Source: the human T2T-CHM13v2.0 reference genome, Homo sapiens
Direction: 5' to 3' (one strand)
Assembly: GCF_009914755.1 (NCBI RefSeq)
Contig: NC_060939.1
Length of the DNA stretch: 64,000 nucleotides
Part shown: positions 41,600 to 57,266 of the stretch, one piece after another
Layout of the letters: the number at the start of each line of letters is the position of its first letter
Numbering within the stretch: position 1 is the stretch's first letter
Program-made: the position numbers and the translations under genes
Notes under the pieces: model-generated
Database searches by the model: none
What the model was told of the DNA's origin: nothing
The model's input: only the letters and a program-made list of their open reading frames with translations

Positions 41600-42685
41600 G
41601 AAACTATCATCAGAGTGAACAGGCAACCTACAGAATGGGAGAAAACTTTTGCAATCTATCCATCTGACAAAGGGCTAATATCCAGAATCTACAAGGAACT
41701 TAAATAAATGTACAAGAAAAAAAACAAAACAAAACAAAAATCAAAAAGTGGGCAAACGATATGAACAGACACTTCTCAAAAAAAGACAGTTATGTGGCCA
41801 AGAAACATATGAGAAAAAGCTCATCATCACTGGTCATTAAAGAAATGCAAATAAAAACCACAATGAGATTCCATCTAACACCAGTCAGAATGGGGATCAT
41901 TAAAAAGTTAGGAAACAGCAGATGCTGGAGAGGATGTGGAGAAATAGGAATGTTTTTACACTGTTGGTGGGAATGTAAATTAGTTCAACTATTATGGAAG
42001 ACAGTGTGGCTACTCCTCAAGGATCTAGAACTAGAAACTGGTAATTGTTTCATGACTAAAATATTATGAGCATAATCAAATAGCTAAAGATGGACAAGTA
42101 TTTCCTCTAGAAATACCATTTGACCCAGCAATCTCATTACTGGTTATATACACAAAGGATTATAAATCATTCTGCTATAAAGACACATGCACATGTATGT
42201 TTATTGCAGCACTATTTACAATAGCAAAGACTTGGAACCAACCCAAATGCCCATCAGGGACAGACTGGATAAAGAAAATGTGGCACACATACTACACCAT
42301 AGAATACTATGCAGCCATAAAAAAGGATGAGTTCATGTCTCTTACAGGGGCATGGATGAAGCTGGAAACCATCATTCTCAGCAAACTAACACAGGAACAG
42401 AAAACCAAACACTGCATATTCTCACTCATAAATGGGAGTTGAACAATGAGATCACATGGACACAGGGTGGGGAACATCACACACCAGGGCCTGTCGAGGG
42501 TTGGGGGTCAAGGGGAAGAAGAGCCTTAGGACAAAGACCTAATGCATATGAGGCTCAAAACCTAGATGATGGGTTGATGAGTGCAGCAAACCACCATGGC
42601 ACGTGTATACCTATGTAACAAACCTGCACGTTCTGCACATGTATCTCAGAACTTAAAGTAAAATTAAGAAAATAAAAAGAAAAAT
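41600..42685 (+). mobile_element. Second L1 3' portion (L1PA8-like) directly abutting the first
   Basis: Restarts at gaaactatcatcagagtgaac; ORFs 41761 and 42197; 3' UTR carries the extra gcatatgaggctcaaaacctag. Confidence 0.92.
42038..42108 (-). repeat. Inverted 71-bp copy of 43057-43127 inserted in L1
   Basis: Reverse-complement match 69/71; CTAGAAA at 42031-42037 and 42107-42113. Confidence 0.97.
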
Positions 42686-45600
42686 TTAGAACAATAAAAG
42701 GAATAGAAAAAATGCATTTTTGCTATGCAGTTATCGTATTAATTTTTTAATGAAAAAATTATAAGCAAAAAGTACGTAACAAAATGTTTTTATTTAAGCT
42801 GCTGGTTTTCAATATTAACACTGACCCTGTTAGCCCATAGCCTGCAAAATTTGAAATTTACATTTCTCTGATGGCTGCCTACAGTGAGATTATTTAGTTT
42901 ATGTGCATATGCATTCACCGATTTGGCATGTCTGGTAACAAACTTGTCTTTTCCCCATTGTAAAATCAGTATCCCCTTGGATAATTGCTTTCACTGGTCA
43001 CCGTTTTGCCTCAAATATTTTTTGTGTGTGTTGGCAAATCCCCAGAAAGTTCCAAAAGAGGAAATACATGTCCATCTTTAGCTATTTGATTATGCTCATA
43101 ATATTTTAGTCACGAAACAATTACCAGCTGGCAAGCTTTACATACATATTCAATAGCATCTAAATATTGTTGTTACATCTATTATATAAGCTTCAAAGGA
43201 ACTCACTCAACAGATGCTCTAAAATTTATAAAACTTGTAACTCTCAAAACATTGGGGCTTCTTGGTAATATAATCTGAGTCTAATCTATGACTGATTTGA
43301 TTGTTCACATTACAGCTTTTCCTTCCTTAGATCTATCTAGTTTGTTTATTTTTGAGGTTCCCACATGTTCCATTTCTTCAGGATTGAGCCATTTTCCTGT
43401 AAGTCACGCCACAAAGTTTAATGATACAATAGCTTTTGAGGGGAGAGTCTTGCTAGGTTAGTTAGCACTTAAGGCATATCAGAGAGTAGTCAGTTAGTCC
43501 AGTTCTGATCGATTGCAAACAGGAACACTGTTGACAAGGAACAATAATGATCACTCAAGGTCACACAGGTGGTTAGAACACAGACGACATGTTTGAACCC
43601 ATATATGCAGAGTATATCCAGTATGGTTTCTCCTATACATTTTATAGGATCATGATTAAGACCAAGTTTTGAAATCCATGAAATTAAAAGGATTTTAAGT
43701 AAGGTACTTACAAGCAGCTCAAGGTTTTGCTACCTTTTAGGTATACGATAAAAGCCATGTGTCATTCCTATGTCCTTTAATCTCTTACCTTGTATTCTTT
43801 GACTATCTAAAACTCTTACATTTTTCTAGTTAGCAGGAGTAAGTGCATTCATAAGAGGGAACTAGGGTAAAATACACTTCAAGTCATCATCAGTTTAGTC
43901 TCTTTACAACATATTTGGTGAGGTTACTCTTAAGGAAAGCCTATAGACTCATCTATAGAAAAAAAAGGACACATGTCTGGAACAGCTCACATTAACTTTT
44001 CAATGTAAAATCACCTATCCAGCAGGTGTAGTCCCATAGAACTTCTAAACTGCATAAAGTCAGTGACTGCATCCTTCCAAACTCAATGGATTCTCTGAAG
44101 CGTGTCTTCTAATGGCTCTGATTCCTCTACTAAAATATGGATGGAATATAAAGACGCCCAACTGTTTGCTCTTCTTCTAGTAAAGACTACAAGATATGTC
44201 CATGTCTACAAGAGAGCTGCATTTTAAACATTGAATTCTTTTGTCTAAGTCTTTGTGTTCACCAATTGTAAGCAAGCACATTTTTAAAATGTAGATTTAA
44301 ACGGGGTTGACCACTCTGCTCTAGTCAACATAAGGAGTCCTCTTTCTTAGTTCCTGGTTACATATAACTAGAATCTTCTTCCAGTCTCTAAAATGGCAAG
44401 CAGAGCATACCTTAATGTTTATGTTCTTGCCATCAAGGCATAATTTCTCTAATTTGTTATCTAGGTAAAATTTCTCAATCTCTTAAACTGCTTATAATTT
44501 ATACAACTGTGAGTTGCAATTAGTACCTCTAGAGAGCTGGTGGTGAGGAAATATTTCTAGAATCCCACCAGCACATCAAGAATTTATCCTCTCCTCAAAC
44601 CTGTTCTTTCTCCTGTATATCCTATTTTTAATTGTACTTGACAGCTTCACTCTGACCTCAATAACCCTTCAAGATCGCTAAGTAACATTAAGTTCTTCCC
44701 TCACCTTTACACTTTACTCAGAGTCCAAGCTCTTAACTCAATACCTTGTGTTGTTTGTAAATAGCTTACTGAAATATATTTTTTAATTTAATGGGTTTTA
44801 GAAGTTTAACTTATAAAGTTCTCACCCTTAAGTATCTGGTTCTCTTACCCCTTCTTCTCATACTTACCTGTTACTGCACTAGATCAGGACAACATTATCT
44901 TCCCATAGAATCCTTCCTAGAAGCCAGGCTGCTCAAATTACCTATGTTCTGCTGCTGTATAAAATCCATCTAAACTCAACGCATCTCTCTCACAATCTCT
45001 GTTACATGGAATAGTTTGAAATACAAAACACTTCACTGGGATACCAGGAATAACAGTAGTAAGTCCAAAATCTTTTAAACAAATTAATTACCTAATCCTT
45101 CATGAAAGTGCCATTTATGTGTAGGTGTGTTACTACTCCCAAAAGATCAGTAAGAACCCAGTGCCTTTGGTAGGTTTCTTTCGACTATGTAATCTAGAGT
45201 TTACAGTAAAATATATAAAATAGGATAAAATTCTCTTCTTCAAGGAAAATGAAAGTTGATAATGATAATTTTGATAATTTTGAAGTTATTTGACTTGTAT
45301 ATATTGCTCAATTATAATAGAAATAAATTTTAAATTTTAAATTACCAAGATCCTACAATCCTATTCTCTAGTCCTACATAAGCATACAAAATTTTATATA
45401 ATTGTAATAATAGCATAGATGCATTTATGTATTTTCACATATTTTTAGATTTTTGCATATTGATACAAAGTCTCAAGTTTTTTTATCAATATGTGATATT
45501 TGTACATATTTATGGGGTACATGTGATATTTTGTTCCATGCATATAATATGCAAGGATCAAGATAGGATATTTAGGGTATCCATCACCTCAAATATTTAT

Positions 45601-45812
45601 CATTCCTATGAATTGGGAATATTTCAAATCCTTGCCTCTAGCTATTAATATTTTGACATACACAATATATTATTGTTGACCATTCTCACACTACTCTGCT
45701 GTTGAACATTAGAACTTATTTCTTCTATCTATGGTTGTAACCATTAACCAACTTCTCTTCATTTCACCCCCACTCCTACCCATACACTCTTCTCAGTTTC
45801 TGGTATCTCTCT

Positions 45813-46184
45813 CTCATGGTTTGGCTGTGTCCTCACCCAAATCTCATCTTAAATTGCAATCCCCATAATGTATCAAGGCAGGGATGGAGTGGGACGTTAT
45901 TGGGTCATGGGGGGTGGGTTCCCCCATGCTGTTTTCTTGATAGTGAGCGAGTTCTCACAAGGTCTGATAGCTTTATAAGTGTCTAGAATTTCTCCTGCCT
46001 CCACTTCTCTCTCCTCCTGTCATGTGAGAAGGTCCAAGGTGCTCCCCCTTCACCCTCCATCATGATTGTAAGTTTCCTGAGGCCTTCCCACTTTACAGAA
46101 CTGTGAGTCAATTAAACTTATTTCCTTTATAAATTACCCAGCCTTGGGTATTTCTTTATGGCAGTGTGAAAACAAACAAATACT
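45813..46184 (+). mobile_element. MaLR solo LTR (THE1D/MSTA-like)
   Basis: atggtttggctgtgtcctcacccaaatctcatctt...ctgtgagtcaattaaac...gcagtgtgaaaacaaacaaatac. Confidence 0.9.
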
Positions 46185-48086
46185 CTCTAATGCTATGAGA
46201 ATCACCTTTTTAGCTCCCATATATGAATGAGAACAGGCAGTACTGTCTTTCTGTGCCTGGCTTATTTCACCTAACATAATGACCTCCAGTTTCATTCATG
46301 TGGCTCCAAATGACATGATTTCATTATTTTTTATGGCTGAGTAGTATTCCATTGTGTATAAATACCACACCATCTTTATCCATCCATCCATTGATAGGTA
46401 CTTGGGTTGGTTCCATATCTTTTCTATTGTGATTAGTACTGGAAAAAAGATGGGGCTGTAGATATCTCTTTGATGTAGATAATTTCCTTTACTCTGAATA
46501 GATACCCAATAGTGGGATTGGTGGATCCTACAGTAGTTCTATTTTTAGATTTTGGGGAAATCTCTATACTGTTTTCCATAGTTGCTATACTAATTTACGT
46601 TTCCACCAACAACGTATAAGTGTTCCCTTTTCTCTGTAACCCTGCCAGCATCTATCATTTTTTAATCTTTTTAATAATAGCTATTCTAACTGGGATAAAA
46701 TGATATCTCATTGTGGTTTTGATTTGCATTTCCCTGATGATTAGTGATGTCGAGCATTTTTAATATACATGTTGACCACTTGTATGTCTTCTTTTGATAA
46801 ATGTCTATTCATGTCATTTGCCTACTTTTTGATGAGATTATTTATTTTCTTACTGTTGAGTTATTTGAGTTCCTTCTATATACTGAATATTTGTTCCTTG
46901 TAAAATGAATACTTTGCAAATATTTTCTCTCATTCTGCAGATTGTCTCTTTACTCTGTTGGTTATTTCATTTGCTCTGCAGAAGTATTTTAGATTAATAT
47001 AGTCCCAGTCCCATTTGTCTTTTTTTCTTTCTATTGCTTGTGCTTTTGAGGTATTAGCCCTGAAATCCTAGCCTAGACCAATATCCTGAAGTGTTTTCTT
47101 CAAGTTCTCTTCTAGCAGTTTTATTATAGTTTCAGGTCTTATGTTTAGGTGTTTAATCTATGTTTGGTTGATTTTTGTATATGATGAGTGATAGGGGTCC
47201 AGTTTCGTTCTTCTACATATAGATGTCTAACTTTTCTAGCACCATTTATTTAAGAAGTTATTCTTTTCCTGATATATGTTCTTGGCACCTTTGGAGGGAA
47301 TCAGTAGGCACCCTTATCAAAAATCACTTAGCTATAAATATGTGAATATATTTTAGGGTTCTCTATTGTGTTCCATTGTTCTATGTGTCTGTTTTCATAC
47401 CAATACCATGCTATTTTGTTGACTATAGCCTTGTAATATGTTTTGAAGTCAGATACTCTGATATCTCCAGCTTTGTTTTTTGATCTGAATTTCTTGGGCT
47501 ATTTGGTGTCTTTTGTGGCTACATAGGAATTTTAGGATTTTTTTTTTCATTTATTTGAAAAACTACGTTGGTATTTTAATAGTGGGTACACTTAAACTAT
47601 TGGTTGATTTACGTGTATGATTGTTTTAACAATATTTCTTCTTCTAATCCATGAGCATAAGATATCTTTCTATTTGTGTCATTTTCATTTGCTTTCATCA
47701 GTGTTTTGTAGTTTTCATTGTGGAGTCTTTTATCATCTTTGTTTAATTTATTCTTAGGTATTTTTTTGTAGCTATTTTAAATGGGATTTTCTTCTTTCTT
47801 TTTAAACTAGTTCATTATTATTGTATAGAAACACTACTGCTTTTGTGTATTGACTTTGTATCTTGTAATTTTATTAATTTGTGTATACATTTTAAGAATT
47901 TTCTGATAGAGTCTTTTATTCTTTTCCAAATATAATGTCTTCCACAAAGAGAGATAATTTGACTTATTCTTTTTCCAATTTTGATGCCTTTTTTTCTTTT
48001 TCTTGCCTGATTGCTCTAGCAAGGACTTCCAGTACTAAATTGAATTGAATGAAATTAGGCATCTTTCACCACTTGTTCCAGTTCTT

Positions 48087-48356
48087 TTTTTTTTTTTTTT
48101 TTGAGACAGGATCTCACTCTGTTGCCCAGGCTGGAGTGCACTGGCTCCCAGATTCAAGCGATTCTTCTGCCTCAGCCTCCTGAATAGCTGGGATTACAGG
48201 CATCTGCCATCATGCTCAGCTAATTTTTGTATTTTTGTAGAGACCAGGGTTTCACAATGTTGGCTAGGCTCGTCTTGAACTCCTAACCTCAGGTGATCCA
48301 CCTGCCTCAGCCTCCCAAAGTGCTGGGATTACAGGTGTGAGTCACCACGCTCAGCC
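48087..48356 (-). mobile_element. AluS with internal deletion, TSD CCAGTTCTT
   Basis: Poly-T plus gagacaggatctcactctgttgcccaggctgg; TSD at 48078-48086 and 48357-48365. Confidence 0.95.
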
Positions 48357-50111
48357 CCAGTTCTTAGAGGAAAGGCTTTCAGACTTCCTCACCCAGTATG
48401 ATGTTAGCTGTGGGTTTGTCATGTATAGTCCTTATTATGTTGAGTTATGTTCCACTATGCCTAGTTTATTGAGAAGATTTATCATGAAAGGATGCTTTTT
48501 CTACATCCATTGAGATGATCTTTTTTGTCTTTCATTCTTTGATGTGATGTATCACATTTATTGATTTACATATATTGAGCTATCATGGCATTCCTGGGAT
48601 AACTTGTTCATATTGTGCTGTCTTTGTGATGTGCTGTTGGATTTGTTAGCTGGTATTTTGTCGAGGACTTTTGTATCTATGTTCATCAGGGATATTGGCC
48701 TGTAGTTTATTTTTGTTGTTGTGTCCTTTTCTGGTTTTAGTATCGGGGTAATTCTGGCCCCATAGAATTCACTGGAAATAATTTTTTCCTCTTAATTTTT
48801 TGGTAATAATTTGAGGTTAATTGGTATTAATTCTTCTTTATATATTTGCTAAAATTTGAGAGTGAAGTCATCTGGTTATGGGCTTTTCTTTCTCCACAGA
48901 CTTTGTTACTGATTCAATCTCATTGCTCACTGTTGATCTGGTCAGGTTTTCTATTCTTCCTGATTCCATCCTGGAAGGTTATATGTGCCCAGGAATTTAT
49001 CCATTTCCTCTAGGTTTTCCAGTTTGTTAGCATATAGTTGTTCATAATAGTCTCTGATGATCTTTTACATTTCTGTAGTATCAGTTATAATGTCTCTTTT
49101 TTCAATTTTGACTTTGTTTATTTGGATCTTTTTCTTTTATTCTTGGTTCATCAAGCTAATGGTTTATCAATTTTATCTTTTCAAAAATCCAATTTGTTTC
49201 ATTGATCCTTTGTATTTTTTAGTCTCTCTTTTGTTTAGATTTAGTCTGTTGTTTATTATTTCTTTCTTTCAACTAATTTCGGATTTGGTTTCTTCTTGCT
49301 TTTCTTGTTTCTTGAGGAGCAGCATTAGATTGTTTATTTAAAAATCTTTTTACTTTTTTGATGTCAGCATTTATTGCTAAAAATTTCCCTCTTAGCACTG
49401 CTTTGACTTTATCACATATATTTTGCTATGCTGTGTTTCTATTTTTATTTGTTTCAATAAACTTTCTGATTTTCATCTGGATTGCTTCATTGACCCAATG
49501 ATCATTCAGGAGCATGATTTATAAATTTTCATGTATTTGTGTAGTTTCCAATAGGTCCTCTTTGTATTGATTTCTAATTTTATTTTATTGTTGTATGAGA
49601 AGACACGATGTCATTTTGATTTTTAAAATTTGTTGAGACTTGCGTTGCAGCTTAACATATACTCTATCTTGGATAAAATTTCATATACTGATGAGAAGAA
49701 TGTATATTCCGTAGCTGTTGAATAAAGTGTTCTGTAAAGGTATATTAAGTTCATTTGCTCTAAAATTTAGTTTAATTTCAAAGTGTATTTGTTAATTTTC
49801 TGTCTAGATGATCTGTCTAATACTGACAGTAAGTTCCCTACCATTATTTTATTGGAGCCCATCTTTCCCTTTAGATCTAATAATATCCACTTTATATATC
49901 TGGATACTCCAGTATGGTTACATATATATTTAGAACTGTTATGTCCTCTTTCTGGATGATCCCTTATCATTATATAATAATCTTCTTTGTTTCTTTTTAT
50001 AGTTTTTATTTTACTTAAAGTATGTTTTATCTTGTGTAAATATGACTTCTCCTGCTCAATTTCGGTTGTTGTTGACGTGGAATATCATTTTTCATTCCCT
50101 TACTTTTGATA

Positions 50112-50215
50112 AATGTATATATATACACAAATATATGTCATATATATACATATATATAATATGTCATATATAGTCATGTATATACATATATATGTATATG
50201 ACATTTGTATATGTC
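50112..50215 (+). repeat. Imperfect (TA)n / low-complexity tract
   Basis: Direct reading. Confidence 0.85.
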
Positions 50216-50866
50216 TTTTCCATTCCTTTACTTTGAGTCTATATATGTCAGATAACAGGAAAAGTGATCTTTTGTAGGCATGATATAACTGTATCATGTA
50301 CTTTTATCCATTCATCCAGTCTATATCTTTTACGTAGGAAAATTTAATTTATTTCAATTCAAGGTTATCATTGATATATGAGATTTTGTTCCTGGTATAT
50401 TGTTAATTGTTCACTGGATCATTTGTATATCCTTTGTTTCACTTTTTCTCTCCTATTATTTATTATTGTGGTTTGGGATTTTCTATAGTCATAACATTTA
50501 CGTCCTTTCTCTTCCTAATTTTTTTGTGTGTGCTCTACCAGTGGGTTTTATCCTTTTGTGCATTTTTATGATGGTGGATGTCATCCATTCACTTCCAGGT
50601 GTAGAACTGGCTTAAGAGTTTATTTTTTATATATATATTACTTTTATATATATGTATTTTTTATTGTACTTTAAGTTCTAGGGTACATATGTACAACGTG
50701 CAGGTTTGTTACATATGTATACATGTGCCGTGTTGGTGTGCTGCACTCATTAACTCATCCTTTACATTAGGTATATCTCCTAATGCTATCCCTCCCCCCT
50801 CCCCCCACCCCACAACAGCCCCTGGTGTGTGATGTTCCCCTTCCTGTGTCCAAGTGTTCACATTGT

Positions 50867-54664
<3,798 letters not shown>

Positions 54665-54712
54665 TTATTTTGCTTGTTAGTTGATGCAGTTTCTTCCTAG
54701 CCTCGATGGTCT

Positions 54713-55727
54713 TTACAATTTGACATGTTTTTGCAGTGGCTGGTACCGGTTGTTCCTTTCCATGTTTAGTGCTTCCTTCAGGAGCTCTTGCAGGGCAGGC
54801 CTGGTGATGACAAAATCCCTCAGCATTTGCTTGTCTGTAAAGGATTTTATTTCTCCTTCATTTATGAAGCTTAGTTTGGCTGGATATGAAATTCTGGGTT
54901 GAAAATTCTTTTCTTTAAGAATGTTGAATATTGGCCCCCACTCTCTTCTGGCTTGTGGAGTTTCTGCCGAGAGATCCACTGTTAGTCTTATGGGCTTCCC
55001 TTTGTGGGTAACCCGACTTTTCTCTCTGGCTGCCCTTAAAATTTTTTCCTTCATTTCAACTTTGGTGAATCTGACAATTATGTGTCTTGGAGTTGCTCTT
55101 CTCAAGGAGTATCTTTGTAGCCTTCTCTGTACTTCCTGAATTTGAATGTTGGCCTGCCTTGCTAGGTTGGGGAAGTTCTCCCGGATAATATCCTGCACAG
55201 TGTTTTCCAACTTGGTTCCATTCTCTCTGTCACTTTCAGGTACACCAATCAGATGTAGATTTGGTCTTTTCGCACAGTCCCATATTTCCTTGAGGCTTTG
55301 TTTGTTTCGTTTTCTTCTTTTTTCTCTAAACTTCTCTTCTCGCTTCATTTAATTCATTTGATATTCAATCACTGATACCCTTTCTTCCAGCTGATCAAAT
55401 CAGCTACTGAAGCTTGTGCATTCATCACATAGTTCTCGAGCCATGGTTTTCAGCTCCATCAGGTCCTTTAAGGACTTCTCTGCATTGGTTATTCTAGTTA
55501 GCCATTCGACTAATCATTTTTCAAGGTTTTTAACTTCTTTGCAATGGGTTCAAACTTCCTCCTTTAGCTTGGAGAAGTTTGATCGTCAGAAGCCTTCTTC
55601 TCTCAGCTCATCAGTCATTCTCCGTCCAGCTTTGTTCCACTGCTGGTGAGGAGCTGCATTCCTTTGGAGGAGGAGAGGCACTCTGATTTTTAGAATTTTC
55701 AGTTTTTCTGCTCTGTTTTTTCCCCAT
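54713..55727 (-). pseudogene. L1 ORF1p remnant
   Basis: ATGGGGAAAAAACAG start at 55727; only the C-terminal 211 aa are listed as open (RPNLHLIGVPE, YPAKLSF). Confidence 0.93.
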
Positions 55728-56751
55728 CTTTGTGGTTTTATCTACTTTTGGTCTTTGATGATGGTGACGTACAGATGGGGTTTTGGTGTGGATGTCCTTT
55801 CTCTTTGTTAGTTTTCCTTCTAACAGTCAAGACCCTCAGCTCCAGGTCTGTTGGAGTTTGCTGGAGGTCCACTGCAGACCCTGTTTGCCTGGGTATCAGC
55901 AGTGGAGGCTGCAGAACAGTGAATATTGAACAGCGAATGTTGCTACCTGATCGTTCCTCTGGAAGTTTCGTCTCAGAGGGCTACCCAGCCACGATGAGGT
56001 GTCAGTCTTCCCCTACTGGGGGCTGCCTCCCAGTTAGGCTACTCGGGGGTCGGGGACCCACTTGAGGAGTCAGTCTGTCCGTTCTCAGATCTCAAACACT
56101 GTGCTGGGAGAACCACTACTCTCTTCAAAGCTGTCACACAGGGACATTTAAGTCTGCACAGGTTTCTGTTGCCTTTTGTTCAGCTATGCCCTGCCCCCAG
56201 AGGTGGAGTCTACAGAGGCCGGCAGGCCTCCTTGAGCTGTGGTGGGCTCCACCCAGTTCCAGCTTCCTGGCTGCTTTGTTTACCTACTCAAGCCTCAGCA
56301 ATGGCGGGCGCCCCTTCTCCAGCCTCGCTGCTGCCTTGCAGATGGATCTCAGACTGCTGTGCTAGCAATGAGCGAGGCTCCATGGGCTTGGGACCCTCTG
56401 AGCCAGACGTGGGATATAATCTCCTGGCATGCCGTTTGTTAAGACGATTGGAAAAGCACAGTATTAGGGTGGGAGTGACCCAATTTTCCAGGTGCGGTCT
56501 GTCACAGCTTTGCTTGGCTAGTAAAGGGAATTCCCTGACCCCTTGCGCTTCCCGGTTGAGGTGATGCCTTGCCCTGCTTCAGCTCACGCTCGGTGCACTG
56601 CGCCCACTGTCCTGCCCCCACTGTCCGACAAGCCCTAGTGAGATGAACCCAGTACCTCAGTTGGAAATGCAGAAATCACCCATCTTCTGCATCGCTCACA
56701 CTGGGAGCTGTAGACTGGAGCTGTTCCTATTTGGCCATCTTGGAACCACCC
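55728..56751 (-). promoter_or_regulatory. L1 5' UTR (internal sense promoter with YY1 site; antisense promoter on +)
   Basis: GCCATCTT YY1 motif near 56734; typical L1PA 5' UTR sequence. Activity cannot be shown from sequence. Confidence 0.8.
56301..56564 (+). CDS. L1 ORF0 homologue, open, 87 aa (expression unknown)
   Basis: gcaATGg Kozak context; MAGAPSPASLLPCRWISDCCASNERGSMGLGPSEP...IRVGVTQFSRC resembles primate ORF0; in frame within ORF 56169..56564. Confidence 0.7.
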   Translation: MAGAPSPASLLPCRWISDCCASNERGSMGLGPSEPDVGYNLLACRLLRRLEKHSIRVGVTQFSRCGLSQLCLASKGNSLTPCASRLR

Positions 56752-57266
56752 AAGAGTTTCTTTTAGGGTCAGTCAGTTTTTGCTTGTCAGGGAAAGACTT
56801 TATTTTGCCTTTATTTATGAAGGATAACTTTACTGTGTATAGTATTTTTGGTGGATACTTTCTTTTTCTTTTCAGCACTTTGAATATATCATCTCTGTAA
56901 GAGATGTAAGCTTCTACGTGTTATTTTGTTAAATAGAGTTTTTTAAATATTTTTTCCTCTCCTTCTGGGTCACTGAAAATTCATATATTTAGTCATTTTA
57001 TGCTAAAGAGTTTATTGCAGGGTCAGTCTAGTGATGAGGAATTACCTCAGTTTTTGCTTGTCAGGGAAAAACTTTATTTTGCTTTTATTTATGAAGGGTA
57101 AATTTTTGGGGTGTAGTATTTTTGGTGGATACTTTTTTCAGCCTTTTGAATATAACATCTATGTAAGGGATGTAAGCTTTACCTAATATTTTGTTAAATA
57201 GGTTTTTTTTATTTTTTGTTCTCCTTCTGGGCCTCTGAAAATTTACATATTTAGTCCTTTTATGCT
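56752..57266 (+). repeat. Diverged ~255-bp tandem duplication in the old L1MA
   Basis: Copy 1 56752-57004 and copy 2 57006-57266, both running aagagttt...tttatgct. Confidence 0.9.

Noticed and set aside
48087-48356. Antisense Alu as a cryptic exon
   Set aside because: Poly-T/AG and GT motifs are generic to antisense Alus; there is no specific evidence of use
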